Of a stretch of DNA of 64,000 nt, positions 53,546 to 64,000 are shown piece by piece. Numbering within the stretch: the first letter of the stretch is position 1; each line of letters starts with the position of its first letter. This DNA is from Eubacteriales bacterium (lineage in GTDB: Bacteria; Bacillota; Clostridia; Oscillospirales; CAG-272). The stretch is from NCBI GenBank assembly GCA_045631445.1, contig JAZQUS010000067.1:9020-73019 (forward strand), written 5' to 3'. Under the pieces are notes generated by a model. That model saw only the letters and a list, made by a program, of their open reading frames with translations, was not told where the DNA came from and made no database searches. A program made the translations under genes and the position numbers.

Positions 53546-54559
53546 ATGAGACACATAAATATACCGATTTTTATACCCCATTTGGGTTGCCCAAATATGT
53601 GCGTTTTTTGTAATCAGCGCTCTATTTCTGGCAAGATAAATTTTGATATTTCAAGGGTTGAAAACGAGATTGAAGAATCACTTTCAACTACAAATGGTGA
53701 AGATTTTGTTGAGATTGCATTCTTTGGTGGCTCTTTTACGGGCATTGATAGAAAATTGATGTGTGACTTGCTCTCCATTGCTCAAAAATATATTGATGAG
53801 GGCAGGGCTTCGTCAATTCGTCTTTCCACTCGTCCCGATTATATTGACGATGAAATTCTGGATATTTTATCATCATATTCGGTTGGTACCATTGAGCTTG
53901 GACTTCAAAGTATGGATGATGAAGTCCTTCAAAAAACCAAGCGTGGACATACCGCTAAATGTGCTGAAAATGCTTGTAAAATGATAAAGGAACGCGGATT
54001 TTCACTCATTGGTCAGATGATGATTGGACTTCCAAGCTCCACAGTTGAAAAGGAAATTTACACCGCAAAAAAACTTTGTGAAATGGGGGCGGACGGAGCA
54101 AGAATTTATCCAACGGTTGTGTTTTATCAAACAGAACTTTGCGATATGATGCAAAGTGGAGTTTACGCAGCACTTTCTAACGAAGATGCAGTCGAAAGAA
54201 CAAAAGAAGCACTTAAAATATTTGTTGAAAACGATGTCCCGTGTATAAGAGTCGGACTTCAATCGGGTGAAAATTTATCCGATGAAACTCACGTTGCAGG
54301 TGGAGCAAATCATTCTGCTATTGGTGAGATGGCAATGAGTGCTCTTTATTTTGACAAAATTTGCGAAGAGCTTGACAAAATTGATATAGAGAAAATGCCA
54401 CAAAATATAAATATTTTGTGCGCAAAAGGTGAAATTTCAAAAATTGTTGGTCAAAAACGCAAAAATATTGAAAAAATTTGCCAAAAATATGCAATAAAGA
54501 GAGCAAAAGTTCTTGAAAAAAATGAACTTTTGAGTTATAATATAATAATAGATTTTTAG
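53546..54559 (+). CDS. radical SAM protein (ELP3-like N-terminal domain family)
   Basis: CPNMCVFCNQ (CxxxCxxC) near the N-terminus. The conserved position between rnc and smc is seen in Clostridia. Confidence 0.75.
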   Translation: MRHINIPIFIPHLGCPNMCVFCNQRSISGKINFDISRVENEIEESLSTTNGEDFVEIAFFGGSFTGIDRKLMCDLLSIAQKYIDEGRASSIRLSTRPDYIDDEILDILSSYSVGTIELGLQSMDDEVLQKTKRGHTAKCAENACKMIKERGFSLIGQMMIGLPSSTVEKEIYTAKKLCEMGADGARIYPTVVFYQTELCDMMQSGVYAALSNEDAVERTKEALKIFVENDVPCIRVGLQSGENLSDETHVAGGANHSAIGEMAMSALYFDKICEELDKIDIEKMPQNINILCAKGEISKIVGQKRKNIEKICQKYAIKRAKVLEKNELLSYNIIIDF

Positions 54560-54596
54560 TTTTATTAATATATCCTGAAAAAAGGAGGATATTGCT

Positions 54597-57500
54597 TTGT
54601 ATTTAAAGAGTCTTGAAATGCAGGGATTTAAGTCTTTCCCCGATAAAACCAAGCTTACGTTTGAACACGGCGCAACTGTAATCGTTGGTCCTAACGGAAG
54701 CGGAAAATCAAATATTTCCGACGCTATGCGATGGGTACTTGGTGAGATTTCATCAAAGAGCTTGCGTGGTAGCAAGATGGAGGACGTTATCTTTGGCGGT
54801 GCGGATTCCCGTAAGCCAATGGGCTTTGCTGAGGTTTCTGTTACTTTTGATAACACAGATCCCGAAAATCGTCTTGACGCGCCCTATGATGAGGTTATCG
54901 TAACAAGAAGATATTATCGCTCGGGTGAGAGTGAATACTTTATAAACAAAAGAGCAGTTCGTCTTCGTGACATTTACGAGTTATTTATGAATACAGGTAT
55001 CGGACGCGAAGGCTATTCAATTATCGGTCAGGGTAAGATTGCGGAAATTATTTCTCGTAAGAGTGAAGATCGAAGAAGCATTTTCGAGGATGCTTCGGGT
55101 ATTGCCAAATTCCGTCATAAGAAGACCGAGAGTGAAAGAAAGCTCGCACAGACCGAGGACAATATGACTCGTATCAACGATATTTTAGTTGAGATAAGCT
55201 CGCAGGTTGGACCTCTTGAAAAGGAAGCAGAAAAGGCAAAACGCGCAATTGAGCTTCTCGAAACAAAGAAGAAGGTTGACGTTCAGCTTTGGTTTTTTGA
55301 TACCGAAAAATACAGAAACGATATCGCACGAGTTGAGGCACTTTATAAGCAGTCCTCATTTGAGCTTGCAACAGCTGAAGAAGCTATCGCTAACTTTGAA
55401 GCGCAAAGAGATCATCTTATGGAGGTTTCTCAAAGCAATAGATATGAGTCGGAGAAATTGCTCACTCAAATTCACGCACAAACTGATATAAACCATAAAC
55501 TCGAAAGCACATATCGTGTAAATGAAAATGATGCTTTGCATATTCAAGCGCTCATTGATGCAACCGGTGAAACAAAAGCACAAATTCGTGCATCCATCGA
55601 GGCGGAGAATAAGCAGATTGAAAATCACCTTGCAAAAATTGAGCAGATAAAGGCAGAGGCAAAATTAAAATTCAAGGAGCACGATGAAGCTGAAGACGAA
55701 ATTGACCGTCTTGAAAAAGAAATTGCTCAGCTTGAAAAAGAAATTGCAACCGCTTTTGAGGATATGCGTTCACTTGAAGCGGAGGAAATGCAACTTAAGG
55801 TTCGTCTTTCCGTTATCGAAAATGCAAAGAGCACCGATAGTGACAAGAATAATACACTTGTTGCCGAAATGCAGGAGTACGCACGCATTGACGATGAGCT
55901 TACAAAGAGCCAAAAGCAAGTTCAACGAACAGTTGACGATTATAATGCAGATATAGAAAAGAGTGATGAAAAGATTTCGGAGCTTGACGATAATTTGCAA
56001 AGAATTATTCAGCAGAAGGAAGGCGTTGACGATGAACTTACACAAAAGAAGTTCGCGTTGCAGTCCACAAAGCAGAGAATTGATACATATAAGGCTATGG
56101 ATGATCAGTTTGAAGGGTACAATAATAGCGTGCGCTTCATTATGAAGTCTTATAGTGAGGGTAAGCTTACAAATCCTGATGGCACAAGCATTGGCAAAAT
56201 CCACGGTCCTATCTCTAAACTTATTTCTGTTGACGAAAAGTATGTAATTGCGGTTGAAACGTCACTTGGCGCGTCAATTCAGAATATCGTTGTTGAAAAC
56301 GAAAACGTTGCAAAGGCGGCTATGCTCTCTCTTAAAAAGAACGAGCAGGGTCGAGCAACCTTTATGCCAATCACGGCTATCAAAGCACCCACTATTTCGC
56401 AGGAGATGAAGGATGCTTCGGGCTTCAAAGGATTTATTGCATTCGCGGATGATCTTGTAAGCACAAAGAGTGAATATATGAATATCGTTTCATATATGCT
56501 TGGTCGAATTGCAGTTTTTGATAATATCGATAACGCGACCGAAATGGCAAAGGCACTTAAATATAAGGTTCGTGCAATCACTCTTGACGGTCAGCAGATT
56601 AATGTCGGCGGTTCGTTTACGGGTGGTTCAGTTAAGCACGGACAGAGCATTTTGTCCCGCGCAGGTGAGATTAAAAAGCTTGAAGATGAGTGCGTAAAGC
56701 TTGAAGCAAACGTAAATAAGATTGCACAAACTCAAAAGGAACTTGGCTCTGAAGTTGAAAAAATCGAACGCGAAATCAAAGCACTTGAGGATAGAAAAAA
56801 GATTATCGCACTTATGGCGGGAAGTGAAAACACTAAGCTTCAGCAGATAAATGCGAAAATCGATGCTAATAAAACTCTTATGGATAAGCTCCAGGAGGAT
56901 TATGACAACATCGTTAAGATGCGTGAGCGCTATGAGGAGGATTTTGCAACTCTTACAGAGCAGATTGCTTCTTATGATGAAAAGATTTCTGCGATTTCTG
57001 AAATCAGAAGTGATAAGGATGTTAAGAAGAACGAGCTTATCGACAAAAAGGAAGAGCTTTCCGCTAATTTGACTGCAATTTATATTCGTATCAATGAACT
57101 TCAAAAGGATATTGAAACCGAAAATATTCTTATCGAAAAGAGCAGAGAGCATATCGATGCACTTAAGGAAGATATTGAAGGTCAGGACGAAAGAGTTAAA
57201 GAATATCGCGAAAATCTTATTTCTCTTGAAGAAGCAAGAAAAGAAAATCGCGAAAAGCTTGCAGAAGGTGAAAAGGCACTTGCAGAGCTTAATTCCGAGC
57301 GAGCTCGTCTTGAAGAAAATGGTACTGAATACGAAAGAAGAATTAATGCAATTAATGCGAAAATTAAAGAAAAGACGTCTTATAAGGACGATATTTTCAG
57401 AGAAAATTCCGTTAATGAGCATAAGCTTGAAAATCTTAAAAATGAATATGATAAGCTTTCTTCAAAGCTTTGGGATGATCACGAGCTTACAAGAAATCAG

Positions 57501-58229
57501 GCAATGGAGCTTGGTTATGAGGCAATTACTGCAGAGGAGCGTCCCGCTCTTGCTAAACTTCAAACCGAGTGCAAGAATAAACTCCGCGCGATTGGTCACG
57601 TTGACCTTGATGCCGTGAATAAATATAAAGAGGTTAAGGAACGCTACGATTATATGGATAAGCAAATCCGCGACCTTACCGCATCAAAGGCAGAGCTTGA
57701 AAAGATTATTTCTCAGCTTGATGGTGAAATGAAGGCATCGTTTATTGAGTCGTTCAATAAAATCAACGAAAACTTCAATCGTGTATTTGTTGAGCTTTTC
57801 GGTGGTGGATATGCAGAGCTTCAACTTACAGACCCCGAGGACGTGCTTAATTGCGGTATTGAAATTAAAGCCGCACCTCCCGGAAAGATTATCAAAAATC
57901 TTATGCAGCTTTCAGGTGGTGAGCAGGCATTTATTGCTATCGCACTCTTCTTTGCGGTTCTTCAGGTTAATCCCTCGCCGTTCTGTATCCTTGACGAAAT
58001 TGAGGCAGCCCTTGACGAAGCAAACGTTTCAAGATTTTCTGAATACATCAAAAAATATACGGGCGGAACACAGTTCATTCTTATCACGCATAGACGTGGT
58101 ACTATGGAAAGTGCAAACCGTCTTTACGGTGTTACAATGCCCGAACACGGCATTTCAAAGATACTTTCTTTGAATGTTGCCGATATTGCTAAAAAGAAAG
58201 AAGGAGATTGGGATGGGATTTTTGGATAA
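54597..58229 (+). CDS. smc: chromosome segregation protein SMC
   Basis: TTG start 10 nt after GGAGG. Walker A GPNGSGKSN, long coiled coils with a hinge, signature LSGGEQA and Walker B FCILDEIEAALD. Confidence 0.95.
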   Translation: MYLKSLEMQGFKSFPDKTKLTFEHGATVIVGPNGSGKSNISDAMRWVLGEISSKSLRGSKMEDVIFGGADSRKPMGFAEVSVTFDNTDPENRLDAPYDEVIVTRRYYRSGESEYFINKRAVRLRDIYELFMNTGIGREGYSIIGQGKIAEIISRKSEDRRSIFEDASGIAKFRHKKTESERKLAQTEDNMTRINDILVEISSQVGPLEKEAEKAKRAIELLETKKKVDVQLWFFDTEKYRNDIARVEALYKQSSFELATAEEAIANFEAQRDHLMEVSQSNRYESEKLLTQIHAQTDINHKLESTYRVNENDALHIQALIDATGETKAQIRASIEAENKQIENHLAKIEQIKAEAKLKFKEHDEAEDEIDRLEKEIAQLEKEIATAFEDMRSLEAEEMQLKVRLSVIENAKSTDSDKNNTLVAEMQEYARIDDELTKSQKQVQRTVDDYNADIEKSDEKISELDDNLQRIIQQKEGVDDELTQKKFALQSTKQRIDTYKAMDDQFEGYNNSVRFIMKSYSEGKLTNPDGTSIGKIHGPISKLISVDEKYVIAVETSLGASIQNIVVENENVAKAAMLSLKKNEQGRATFMPITAIKAPTISQEMKDASGFKGFIAFADDLVSTKSEYMNIVSYMLGRIAVFDNIDNATEMAKALKYKVRAITLDGQQINVGGSFTGGSVKHGQSILSRAGEIKKLEDECVKLEANVNKIAQTQKELGSEVEKIEREIKALEDRKKIIALMAGSENTKLQQINAKIDANKTLMDKLQEDYDNIVKMRERYEEDFATLTEQIASYDEKISAISEIRSDKDVKKNELIDKKEELSANLTAIYIRINELQKDIETENILIEKSREHIDALKEDIEGQDERVKEYRENLISLEEARKENREKLAEGEKALAELNSERARLEENGTEYERRINAINAKIKEKTSYKDDIFRENSVNEHKLENLKNEYDKLSSKLWDDHELTRNQAMELGYEAITAEERPALAKLQTECKNKLRAIGHVDLDAVNKYKEVKERYDYMDKQIRDLTASKAELEKIISQLDGEMKASFIESFNKINENFNRVFVELFGGGYAELQLTDPEDVLNCGIEIKAAPPGKIIKNLMQLSGGEQAFIAIALFFAVLQVNPSPFCILDEIEAALDEANVSRFSEYIKKYTGGTQFILITHRRGTMESANRLYGVTMPEHGISKILSLNVADIAKKKEGDWDGIFG

Positions 58230-59118
58230 ATTGAAATCAGGTCTTCAAAAAACCAAAGATGCGCTTTTCAAACCGATTGACCAAATGCTTAAGGCGTTTA
58301 CAAAGGTTGATGAGGAGCTTCTTGAGGAGCTTGAAGAAATGCTTATCTGTGCCGACGTTGGTGCAGGTGCAACTGATGAAATAATTGAAAAACTCCGCGA
58401 TGACATCAAGGAGGAAAAAATTAAGGATGCGGACGAGGTTCGTGCATTCCTTAAAAATACACTTCAAGAGATGATTGGAGAGGGAGGACCACTTGTACTT
58501 AATACAAAGCCCTCAGTTATCCTCGTTATTGGTGTAAATGGTGCGGGTAAAACCACATCCATTGGTAAAATTTCTAATAAGCTTCGTCAAGATGGCAAAA
58601 AGGTTGTTGTTGCGGCGGCGGATACATTCCGTGCTGCTGCTATCGATCAGCTTGCCGTTTGGTGCGAAAGAAGTAAGGTTGACCTTGTTAAGCAGAGCGA
58701 GGGAAGTGACCCTGCGGCAGTAGTTTACGATGCTATAAGCTATGCAAAAAACAAGGGTGCAGACGTTCTTATTGTTGATACTGCAGGACGTCTTCATAAT
58801 AAGAAGAACCTTATGAACGAGCTTGAAAAAATCAATCGCGTAATTGATAGAGAATTACCCGGTGCATCTCGCGAAAATCTTTTGGTGCTTGATGCTACAA
58901 CAGGTCAGAACGCGGTTCTTCAGGCAAAGGAATTTAAAAATGCGGCTAATATCACAGGTCTTGTTCTCAATAAGCTTGACGGAACTGCAAAGGGTGGAAT
59001 CGTGCTTTCAATCAAGCGAGAGCTTGGAATTCCTGTTAAGTTTATCGGTGTTGGTGAAAAGATTGACGATATGCAGCCCTTTAACGCAGAGGAATTTATT
59101 TCTGCACTTTTTGAATAA
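58213..59118 (+). CDS. ftsY: signal recognition particle receptor FtsY
   Basis: GVNGAGKTT, DTAGRL and LNKLDGTAKGG motifs. ATG at 58213 follows GAAGGAG. It overlaps the smc 3' end by 17 nt. Confidence 0.95.
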   Translation: MGFLDKLKSGLQKTKDALFKPIDQMLKAFTKVDEELLEELEEMLICADVGAGATDEIIEKLRDDIKEEKIKDADEVRAFLKNTLQEMIGEGGPLVLNTKPSVILVIGVNGAGKTTSIGKISNKLRQDGKKVVVAAADTFRAAAIDQLAVWCERSKVDLVKQSEGSDPAAVVYDAISYAKNKGADVLIVDTAGRLHNKKNLMNELEKINRVIDRELPGASRENLLVLDATTGQNAVLQAKEFKNAANITGLVLNKLDGTAKGGIVLSIKRELGIPVKFIGVGEKIDDMQPFNAEEFISALFE

Positions 59119-59129
59119 TTGGAGAAGAT

Positions 59130-59738
59130 ATGAAGATAGTTTTTGCATCGGGTAACAAGCATAAAATTGAAGAATTTGGTGCTATTTTAAGAAAATATAT
59201 CCCCGATATTGAGCTTGTTTCAATGAAGGATGCGGGAATTTTTGACGATATAGTCGAAAATGGAGCAACCTTTGAGGAAAACGCGATGATTAAGGCAAGA
59301 GCGGTTGCAAAATACGGTTATATCGGTGTTGCTGACGATTCAGGTCTTACTGTCGATGCGCTTGGCGGCGCACCGGGTATTTATTCTGCAAGATATGCAG
59401 GTGAGCACGGAAATGATAAAAAGAATAATCAAAAGCTTATTCTTGATATGCAGGAAATTGAAAACCGCGCAGGCGCGTTTGTCTGCACTATCGCGTGCGC
59501 TTTCCCCAAAAATAGTAGCCATATTGATTTTTGTGTTCGCGGGGAATGTCCGGGTATTATTCTTCGCGAGGAAAAGGGTGAGGGCGGATTTGGTTATGAC
59601 CCATTGTTCTATGTTGAAAAATGTCAAAAGACCTATGCAGAACTTTCTTCGGACGAAAAAAATGAAATAAGCCACAGAGCAGTGGCAACGAAGCTTTTTG
59701 CAGAGAAATTTGTCAACGAGCTTCAGGATAAGGAGTAA
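59130..59738 (+). CDS. rdgB: XTP/dITP diphosphatase (RdgB/HAM1 family)
   Basis: FASGNKHK, DDSGL and GFGYDP motifs. Confidence 0.9.
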   Translation: MKIVFASGNKHKIEEFGAILRKYIPDIELVSMKDAGIFDDIVENGATFEENAMIKARAVAKYGYIGVADDSGLTVDALGGAPGIYSARYAGEHGNDKKNNQKLILDMQEIENRAGAFVCTIACAFPKNSSHIDFCVRGECPGIILREEKGEGGFGYDPLFYVEKCQKTYAELSSDEKNEISHRAVATKLFAEKFVNELQDKE

Positions 59739-59739
59739 A

Positions 59740-60216
59740 ATGTTAAGATATTACACATCATCGCTCTTTATCTTTAGTATATTGGGTGGTGTGGTTACAT
59801 TTTGGCTGATATCTGGTATGGCAGACGTGCCGACTTCGGTTTTGTTTGCGGCTCTAACCACATTGGGAATTTCACTTGTTATTCCTGCTATGTTTGCACA
59901 TTCTGATAAAAAATTTAACCCACTTAGAAAAGAGATTACTGAACCCATTGTTATTGACGAGAGAGTTAATTACCTCGTTGGTAAAGAAATAAAGCAGGGC
60001 TTTATGCTAACAACAAAGGATAGCATTTTTGTGCTTTCTATGGATGATCAAAAGCCCGTTAAATTTGAGATAAAGAAAAGCGATATTAAAAAAATTTCCG
60101 TAACTGACGACGTTTATCTTAACATATTTCTTGATTATGATAAATGTATTCGTGTTTTTGCTATGAATTGCGAGGAGCTTTCCTCAAGACTTCAGGCAGA
60201 AGGTTTTGGAAAATAA
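59740..60216 (+). CDS. hypothetical membrane protein (two TM + small soluble domain)
   Basis: ATG at 59740 follows AAGGAG. Two N-terminal hydrophobic segments. No family recognised. Confidence 0.5.
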   Translation: MLRYYTSSLFIFSILGGVVTFWLISGMADVPTSVLFAALTTLGISLVIPAMFAHSDKKFNPLRKEITEPIVIDERVNYLVGKEIKQGFMLTTKDSIFVLSMDDQKPVKFEIKKSDIKKISVTDDVYLNIFLDYDKCIRVFAMNCEELSSRLQAEGFGK

Positions 60217-60231
60217 GATTTGGAGAAAAAT

Positions 60232-60519
60232 ATGTTGAATTCAAAACAAAGGGCGGCATTGCGTTCAATGGCGGCGCAAATTCAGCCCATTATGCAGATT
60301 GGCAAGGGAGGCATTACCGAAAACCTTGTTAAAACAGTTTCAGATGCACTTGAAGCAAGAGAGCTTATCAAGCTTACCGTGCTTGAAAACTGTGACTACG
60401 GTACACGTGACATAGCAGAAGAGCTTGCAGAGGCAACTAATTCTGAGGTTGTTGCGGTGATTGGTAGAAAAGTCGTTCTTTATAGAGAGAGCGAAAATAA
60501 AAAGAGAATTGAGATTTGA
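60232..60519 (+). CDS. yhbY: ribosome assembly RNA-binding protein YhbY (CRM domain)
   Basis: LNSKQRAALRS....IMQIGKGGIT is typical of YhbY. ~95 aa. Confidence 0.85.
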   Translation: MLNSKQRAALRSMAAQIQPIMQIGKGGITENLVKTVSDALEARELIKLTVLENCDYGTRDIAEELAEATNSEVVAVIGRKVVLYRESENKKRIEI

Positions 60520-60521
60520 TT

Positions 60522-61136
60522 ATGAACGAAGAAATTACTCGAATTGGTATATATAGCGGAACATTTGCGCCCATTCATAACGGACATATAAATGCCGCAA
60601 AGGCATTTATGGATCAGATGCAGTTGCACTATCTTTTCGTGATACCTACTGCACTTTCCCCTTGGAAAATTCGTGACGAGGGTGACGATGCTAAGCACAG
60701 AATGAAAATGTGCGAGCTTGCCTTTGAGGGTGAGGTTGGTGTGATAGTGAGCGATATGGAGATTGAAAAGGGCGGAGCAACTAATACAATTGACACACTT
60801 CGAGCACTTGCAAGAGAAGACCGTAGATTGTTTATGTTGCTTGGCACGGACATGGCGCTTAAAATTGATTCTTGGCGTGAGCCTGATGAGATTTTTAAGC
60901 TCTGCTATCCTACTTATGTTCGTCGTGAGAGTGATAAGCTTCTCGAAAAGCAGATTATCGAAAAAAATAATACCTATCTTAAGAAATACGGTAAAATTTG
61001 CCGTAGAATTATGACGAATGAAATTGAACTTTCATCCTCTGAAATTCGAAAAAGGGTTAGAGAGGGAAAGGATATTTCACATCTTGTTCCCCAAAAGGTT
61101 GCAGAATATATTAAAGAAAACAACCTTTATTTGTAA
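60522..61136 (+). CDS. nadD: nicotinate-nucleotide adenylyltransferase
   Basis: GIYSGTFAPIHNGH nucleotidyltransferase motif and SSSEIR near the C-terminus. Confidence 0.9.
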   Translation: MNEEITRIGIYSGTFAPIHNGHINAAKAFMDQMQLHYLFVIPTALSPWKIRDEGDDAKHRMKMCELAFEGEVGVIVSDMEIEKGGATNTIDTLRALAREDRRLFMLLGTDMALKIDSWREPDEIFKLCYPTYVRRESDKLLEKQIIEKNNTYLKKYGKICRRIMTNEIELSSSEIRKRVREGKDISHLVPQKVAEYIKENNLYL

Positions 61137-61197
61137 AATTTTATTTTCTTGACAAAATTTAGCCGATTGATTTCGGTGCATATAGAGTGAGGCATTT

Positions 61198-61827
61198 ATG
61201 AATAATAAATTTAGTGAAGAAATGCTTTCTTATTTGCGAGAGAGCGTAAAAAATGAGATGGGAGAAAAACGCTATTTTCATACACTTGAGGTGGAAAAAA
61301 TGGCGGCAAGACTTGGGGAGATTTATGCTCCTGAGCATATATCTATGCTTCGTGCGGCTGCGCTTTTGCACGATATAACAAAGGAGCGCACAACTGAGGA
61401 GCATATTGTAATTTGCGAAAATGCAGGTGAGATTGTATCTATTGGAGATAGAAAAGCACCTAAAATGTTCCATTCGAGAACTGCGGCACTTGTTATTCCA
61501 ACGAAGTATCCCGACTTTAATACGCCTGAAATTATTTCTGCCGTACGTTATCATACAACGGGCAAGGAAAATATGACACTTGCCGAAAAGATTATTTATC
61601 TTGCCGACTATATTGATATGTCAAGAAAATACGGTGATTGCGTTGCACTTCGCGAGTTCTTTTTCGATTTTGATTTTGAAAATGCGGATGAGCAAAGCAA
61701 AATTTGTCACCTGAACGATACCCTAATTATGTCCTATAACCTCACAATAAAGGGACTTTTAGATGAAAATAAACACATAGCGCAAACAACGTTTGAGGCG
61801 CGAAATTATTTAATTTTGGAAAAATAA
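61198..61827 (+). CDS. yqeK: HD-domain protein YqeK (bis(5'-nucleosyl)-tetraphosphatase family)
   Basis: HD motif AALLHDITK. The position directly after nadD is as in Firmicutes. Confidence 0.8.
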   Translation: MNNKFSEEMLSYLRESVKNEMGEKRYFHTLEVEKMAARLGEIYAPEHISMLRAAALLHDITKERTTEEHIVICENAGEIVSIGDRKAPKMFHSRTAALVIPTKYPDFNTPEIISAVRYHTTGKENMTLAEKIIYLADYIDMSRKYGDCVALREFFFDFDFENADEQSKICHLNDTLIMSYNLTIKGLLDENKHIAQTTFEARNYLILEK

Positions 61828-61875
61828 ATTTTCGCATTGGACTTCTTTACATAAAAAATAAAAGAGAGGTCCAAT

Positions 61876-62889
61876 ATGAAAAATATTTTTCAAATTGATT
61901 TAAAAATTGTTTTATTTGTGTTAACGGTAATGGTATGCCTTGTAGTTGTTTTGTTTGCTCAAGGTAATAGCTATAGTGATACGGCAGATACAGCTATTCG
62001 TACAAGCGAGCAGCAGATTTGTAATTTTTTGCTTCTTGGCACCGATAAGGCAGCAGGTCTTTCGGATGTGATTATGCTTGTTTCCGTTAATTTGGATAGT
62101 GGAGCAATCAATTTTATGCAGATTCCGCGCGACACCTATTTTGAGTGCGGTTCGACATATAAAAAACTCAACGGAGCGCCCAAAACTATTGGAAGCGTTG
62201 AAGTATTTGCAAAATCACTTTCAGAGGCATTGGGGATAAATATAAACTATTACCTTTCTCTTGGGCTTGAAACCGTTGTAAAAATGGTCGATTTTGTTTC
62301 GGGAATTGAGGTTGATGTTCCTTTTGATATGGATTACGATGATAATTCTCAAAGCCTGTCCATTCATTTAAAAGCTGGTAAGCAAGTGCTTGATGGCAAG
62401 AGCGCGGTTGAGTTTTTGCGATATCGAGCAGGATATATCACGGGAGATCTTGGCAGAATTAACGCGCAAAAGCTCTTTATGAATGCTTTTGTAAAAAGGA
62501 TTGGAGAAATGGGCAATCCACTTGCTTTATTCAATCTTTGTAAGTTGGTTTTGAGCAATTCTGAAACGAATATTAAGGAATCGGATGTTTTTTCACTCTG
62601 CTTAAAATATGCAAGGCTTAAAGATAAATCCGCTTCTTATATGACAGCACCCGGTGAAGCAATAAAGGATAGTAATAGTGGTACTTGGTACTATATTTTG
62701 TCCAATTCATCAATGGCTAATTTGTTGGACGAACGCTTTGGGTTGTATACCGATAAAAAAGATTTTGATAAAAATAATAAATTTGTTGACATAAACGAGA
62801 AATCGTTTTATGATATATACAATAAATCCTGCGAGGTGAAAATTTACTCCGCAGATGACGTTGAAAATAATGAAGTCAATATAAATTAG
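61876..62889 (+). CDS. LytR-CpsA-Psr (LCP) family cell-wall glycopolymer transferase
   Basis: N-terminal TM and the LLLGTD....SDVIMLVS....MQIPRDTY core. Confidence 0.85.
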   Translation: MKNIFQIDLKIVLFVLTVMVCLVVVLFAQGNSYSDTADTAIRTSEQQICNFLLLGTDKAAGLSDVIMLVSVNLDSGAINFMQIPRDTYFECGSTYKKLNGAPKTIGSVEVFAKSLSEALGININYYLSLGLETVVKMVDFVSGIEVDVPFDMDYDDNSQSLSIHLKAGKQVLDGKSAVEFLRYRAGYITGDLGRINAQKLFMNAFVKRIGEMGNPLALFNLCKLVLSNSETNIKESDVFSLCLKYARLKDKSASYMTAPGEAIKDSNSGTWYYILSNSSMANLLDERFGLYTDKKDFDKNNKFVDINEKSFYDIYNKSCEVKIYSADDVENNEVNIN

Positions 62890-62899
62890 GAGAAACAAT

Positions 62900-63286
62900 A
62901 TGGAAGAAATGACAAATTTTAGTGAAGAGATAGTATCTCTTGAAAATGCATCTCCCCTTGAAGTAGCGAAGGCAATCGAAACCTTTCTCGACAATAAAAA
63001 GGGTAGGGATATTAAGGTTCTTCACGTTGAAGACGTAAGTAATATTGCGGACTATTTTGTAGTTTGCACTGCAACAAGCAACACACATGTTAAGGCACTT
63101 TCGGGTGAAGTTGAATATCAGCTTGAAAGAAGAGGAGTTACACCCTATCACATCGAAGGCAGAGATAACAACTCTTGGGTAGTTCTTGACTACTGCAACG
63201 TTTTGGTGCACATCTTTAATAGAGAAGCAAGAGATTTTTATAATCTTGATAAATTATATGAAAATACTACACCGATAGAGGAATAA
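62900..63286 (+). CDS. rsfS: ribosome silencing factor RsfS
   Basis: DYFVVCTATSNTHVKAL and VVLDYCNVLVHIF are typical of the iojap/RsfS family. Confidence 0.9.
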   Translation: MEEMTNFSEEIVSLENASPLEVAKAIETFLDNKKGRDIKVLHVEDVSNIADYFVVCTATSNTHVKALSGEVEYQLERRGVTPYHIEGRDNNSWVVLDYCNVLVHIFNREARDFYNLDKLYENTTPIEE

Positions 63287-63289
63287 GAT

Positions 63290-64000
63290 ATGAAATACGA
63301 ACATTTAGAGATAGAAAAGAAATGGCAAGAATATTGGGAGAAGAACCACACGTTTAAAACTGACGTTTGGGATTTTTCAAAGCCCAAATATTACGTGCTC
63401 GATATGTTTCCATATCCATCAGGCGTAGGACTTCACGCAGGTCACCCAGAAGGATATACAGCAACTGATATTGTGTCAAGAATGAAGAGAATGCAGGGCT
63501 ACAATGTGCTTCATCCAATGGGATATGACTCATTTGGTCTTCCTGCAGAGCAGTATGCCGTAAGCACAGGTAACCACCCCAACGGATTTACTCAGGCAAA
63601 TATTAAAACATTCTCAAATCAGCTTCGTGAGCTTGGTTTTGACTATGACTGGGATAAGATGATTGCCACAAGTGATCCCGATTTCTATAAGTGGACACAG
63701 TGGATTTTCAAGCAGCTCTACCTTGACGGATATGCACAGTACATTGATATGCCTGTTAACTGGTGTGAGGAGCTTGGAACAGTTCTTTCAAACGACGAGG
63801 TTATTGACGGCAAGAGTGAGCGTGGCGGTTTCCCCGTAGTAAGAAAGAATATGAAGCAGTGGGTAATCAATCAGCCCGCTTTTGCAGAAAAGCTTCTTGA
63901 GGGACTTGAGGAAATTGATTGGCCCGAATCCACAAAGCTTATGCAGAAGAACTGGATTGGCAAATCCACAGGTGTTGAAGTTAAGTTCCAAATCGTTGGC
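63290..64000 (+). CDS. leuS: leucyl-tRNA synthetase, N-terminal part (3' end beyond the window)
   Basis: My own translation from ATG 63290 gives [23 protein letters not shown]...[18 protein letters not shown] (HIGH-type motif). The frame is open to the window end and is not in the supplied ORF track because no stop is reached. Confidence 0.95.
   Translation, partial: MKYEHLEIEKKWQEYWEKNHTFKTDVWDFSKPKYYVLDMFPYPSGVGLHAGHPEGYTATDIVSRMKRMQGYNVLHPMGYDSFGLPAEQYAVSTGNHPNGFTQANIKTFSNQLRELGFDYDWDKMIATSDPDFYKWTQWIFKQLYLDGYAQYIDMPVNWCEELGTVLSNDEVIDGKSERGGFPVVRKNMKQWVINQPAFAEKLLEGLEEIDWPESTKLMQKNWIGKSTGVEVKFQIVG

Overview
Low-GC, Firmicutes (Clostridia-like) chromosomal segment that is almost fully coding. 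There are three blocks. (i) nt 1-26320 is a ~25 kb single-strand glycan-processing locus. A 5'-truncated GH38 alpha-mannosidase is followed by 16 co-directional genes: a NanE-like epimerase, DUF4127, three GHL10 (PF02638-like) paralogs (one cytoplasmic, two surface), and a 1206-aa lipoprotein carrying eight 7-Cys units. These are followed by a phosphodiester glycosidase (NAGPA/DUF2233-like), an ABC binding protein plus two permeases, two ROK-type kinases, an FAD oxidoreductase, NagA, an aldose-epimerase-like protein and ManA. This is my best candidate for an undescribed system: a Gram-positive utilisation locus for an amino-sugar/mannose glycopolymer, possibly phosphodiester-linked, built from families without defined substrates. 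(ii) 26.3-45.3 kb is mixed. It holds a Cys/His-repeat surface protein behind a structured, terminator-containing leader, and thrS and valS with T-box leaders. It also holds mgsA, an orphan BhlA-like/holin-like pair, an alr-CPBP-CPBP-tadA operon, an orphan ACP, comEC and pcrA. At least four copies or fragments of a non-coding MITE-like repeat family lie here, one of them inside the thrS leader. (iii) 45.3-64 kb is conserved housekeeping: infC-rpmI-rplT with leader, trmH-family, dprA, topA, trmFO, rnc, radical SAM, smc, ftsY, rdgB, yhbY, nadD, yqeK, LCP, rsfS and a 3'-truncated leuS. I saw no rRNA, tRNA, CRISPR array, transposase or recognisable defence genes. All family assignments come from motif recognition by eye and need HMM or structure searches.
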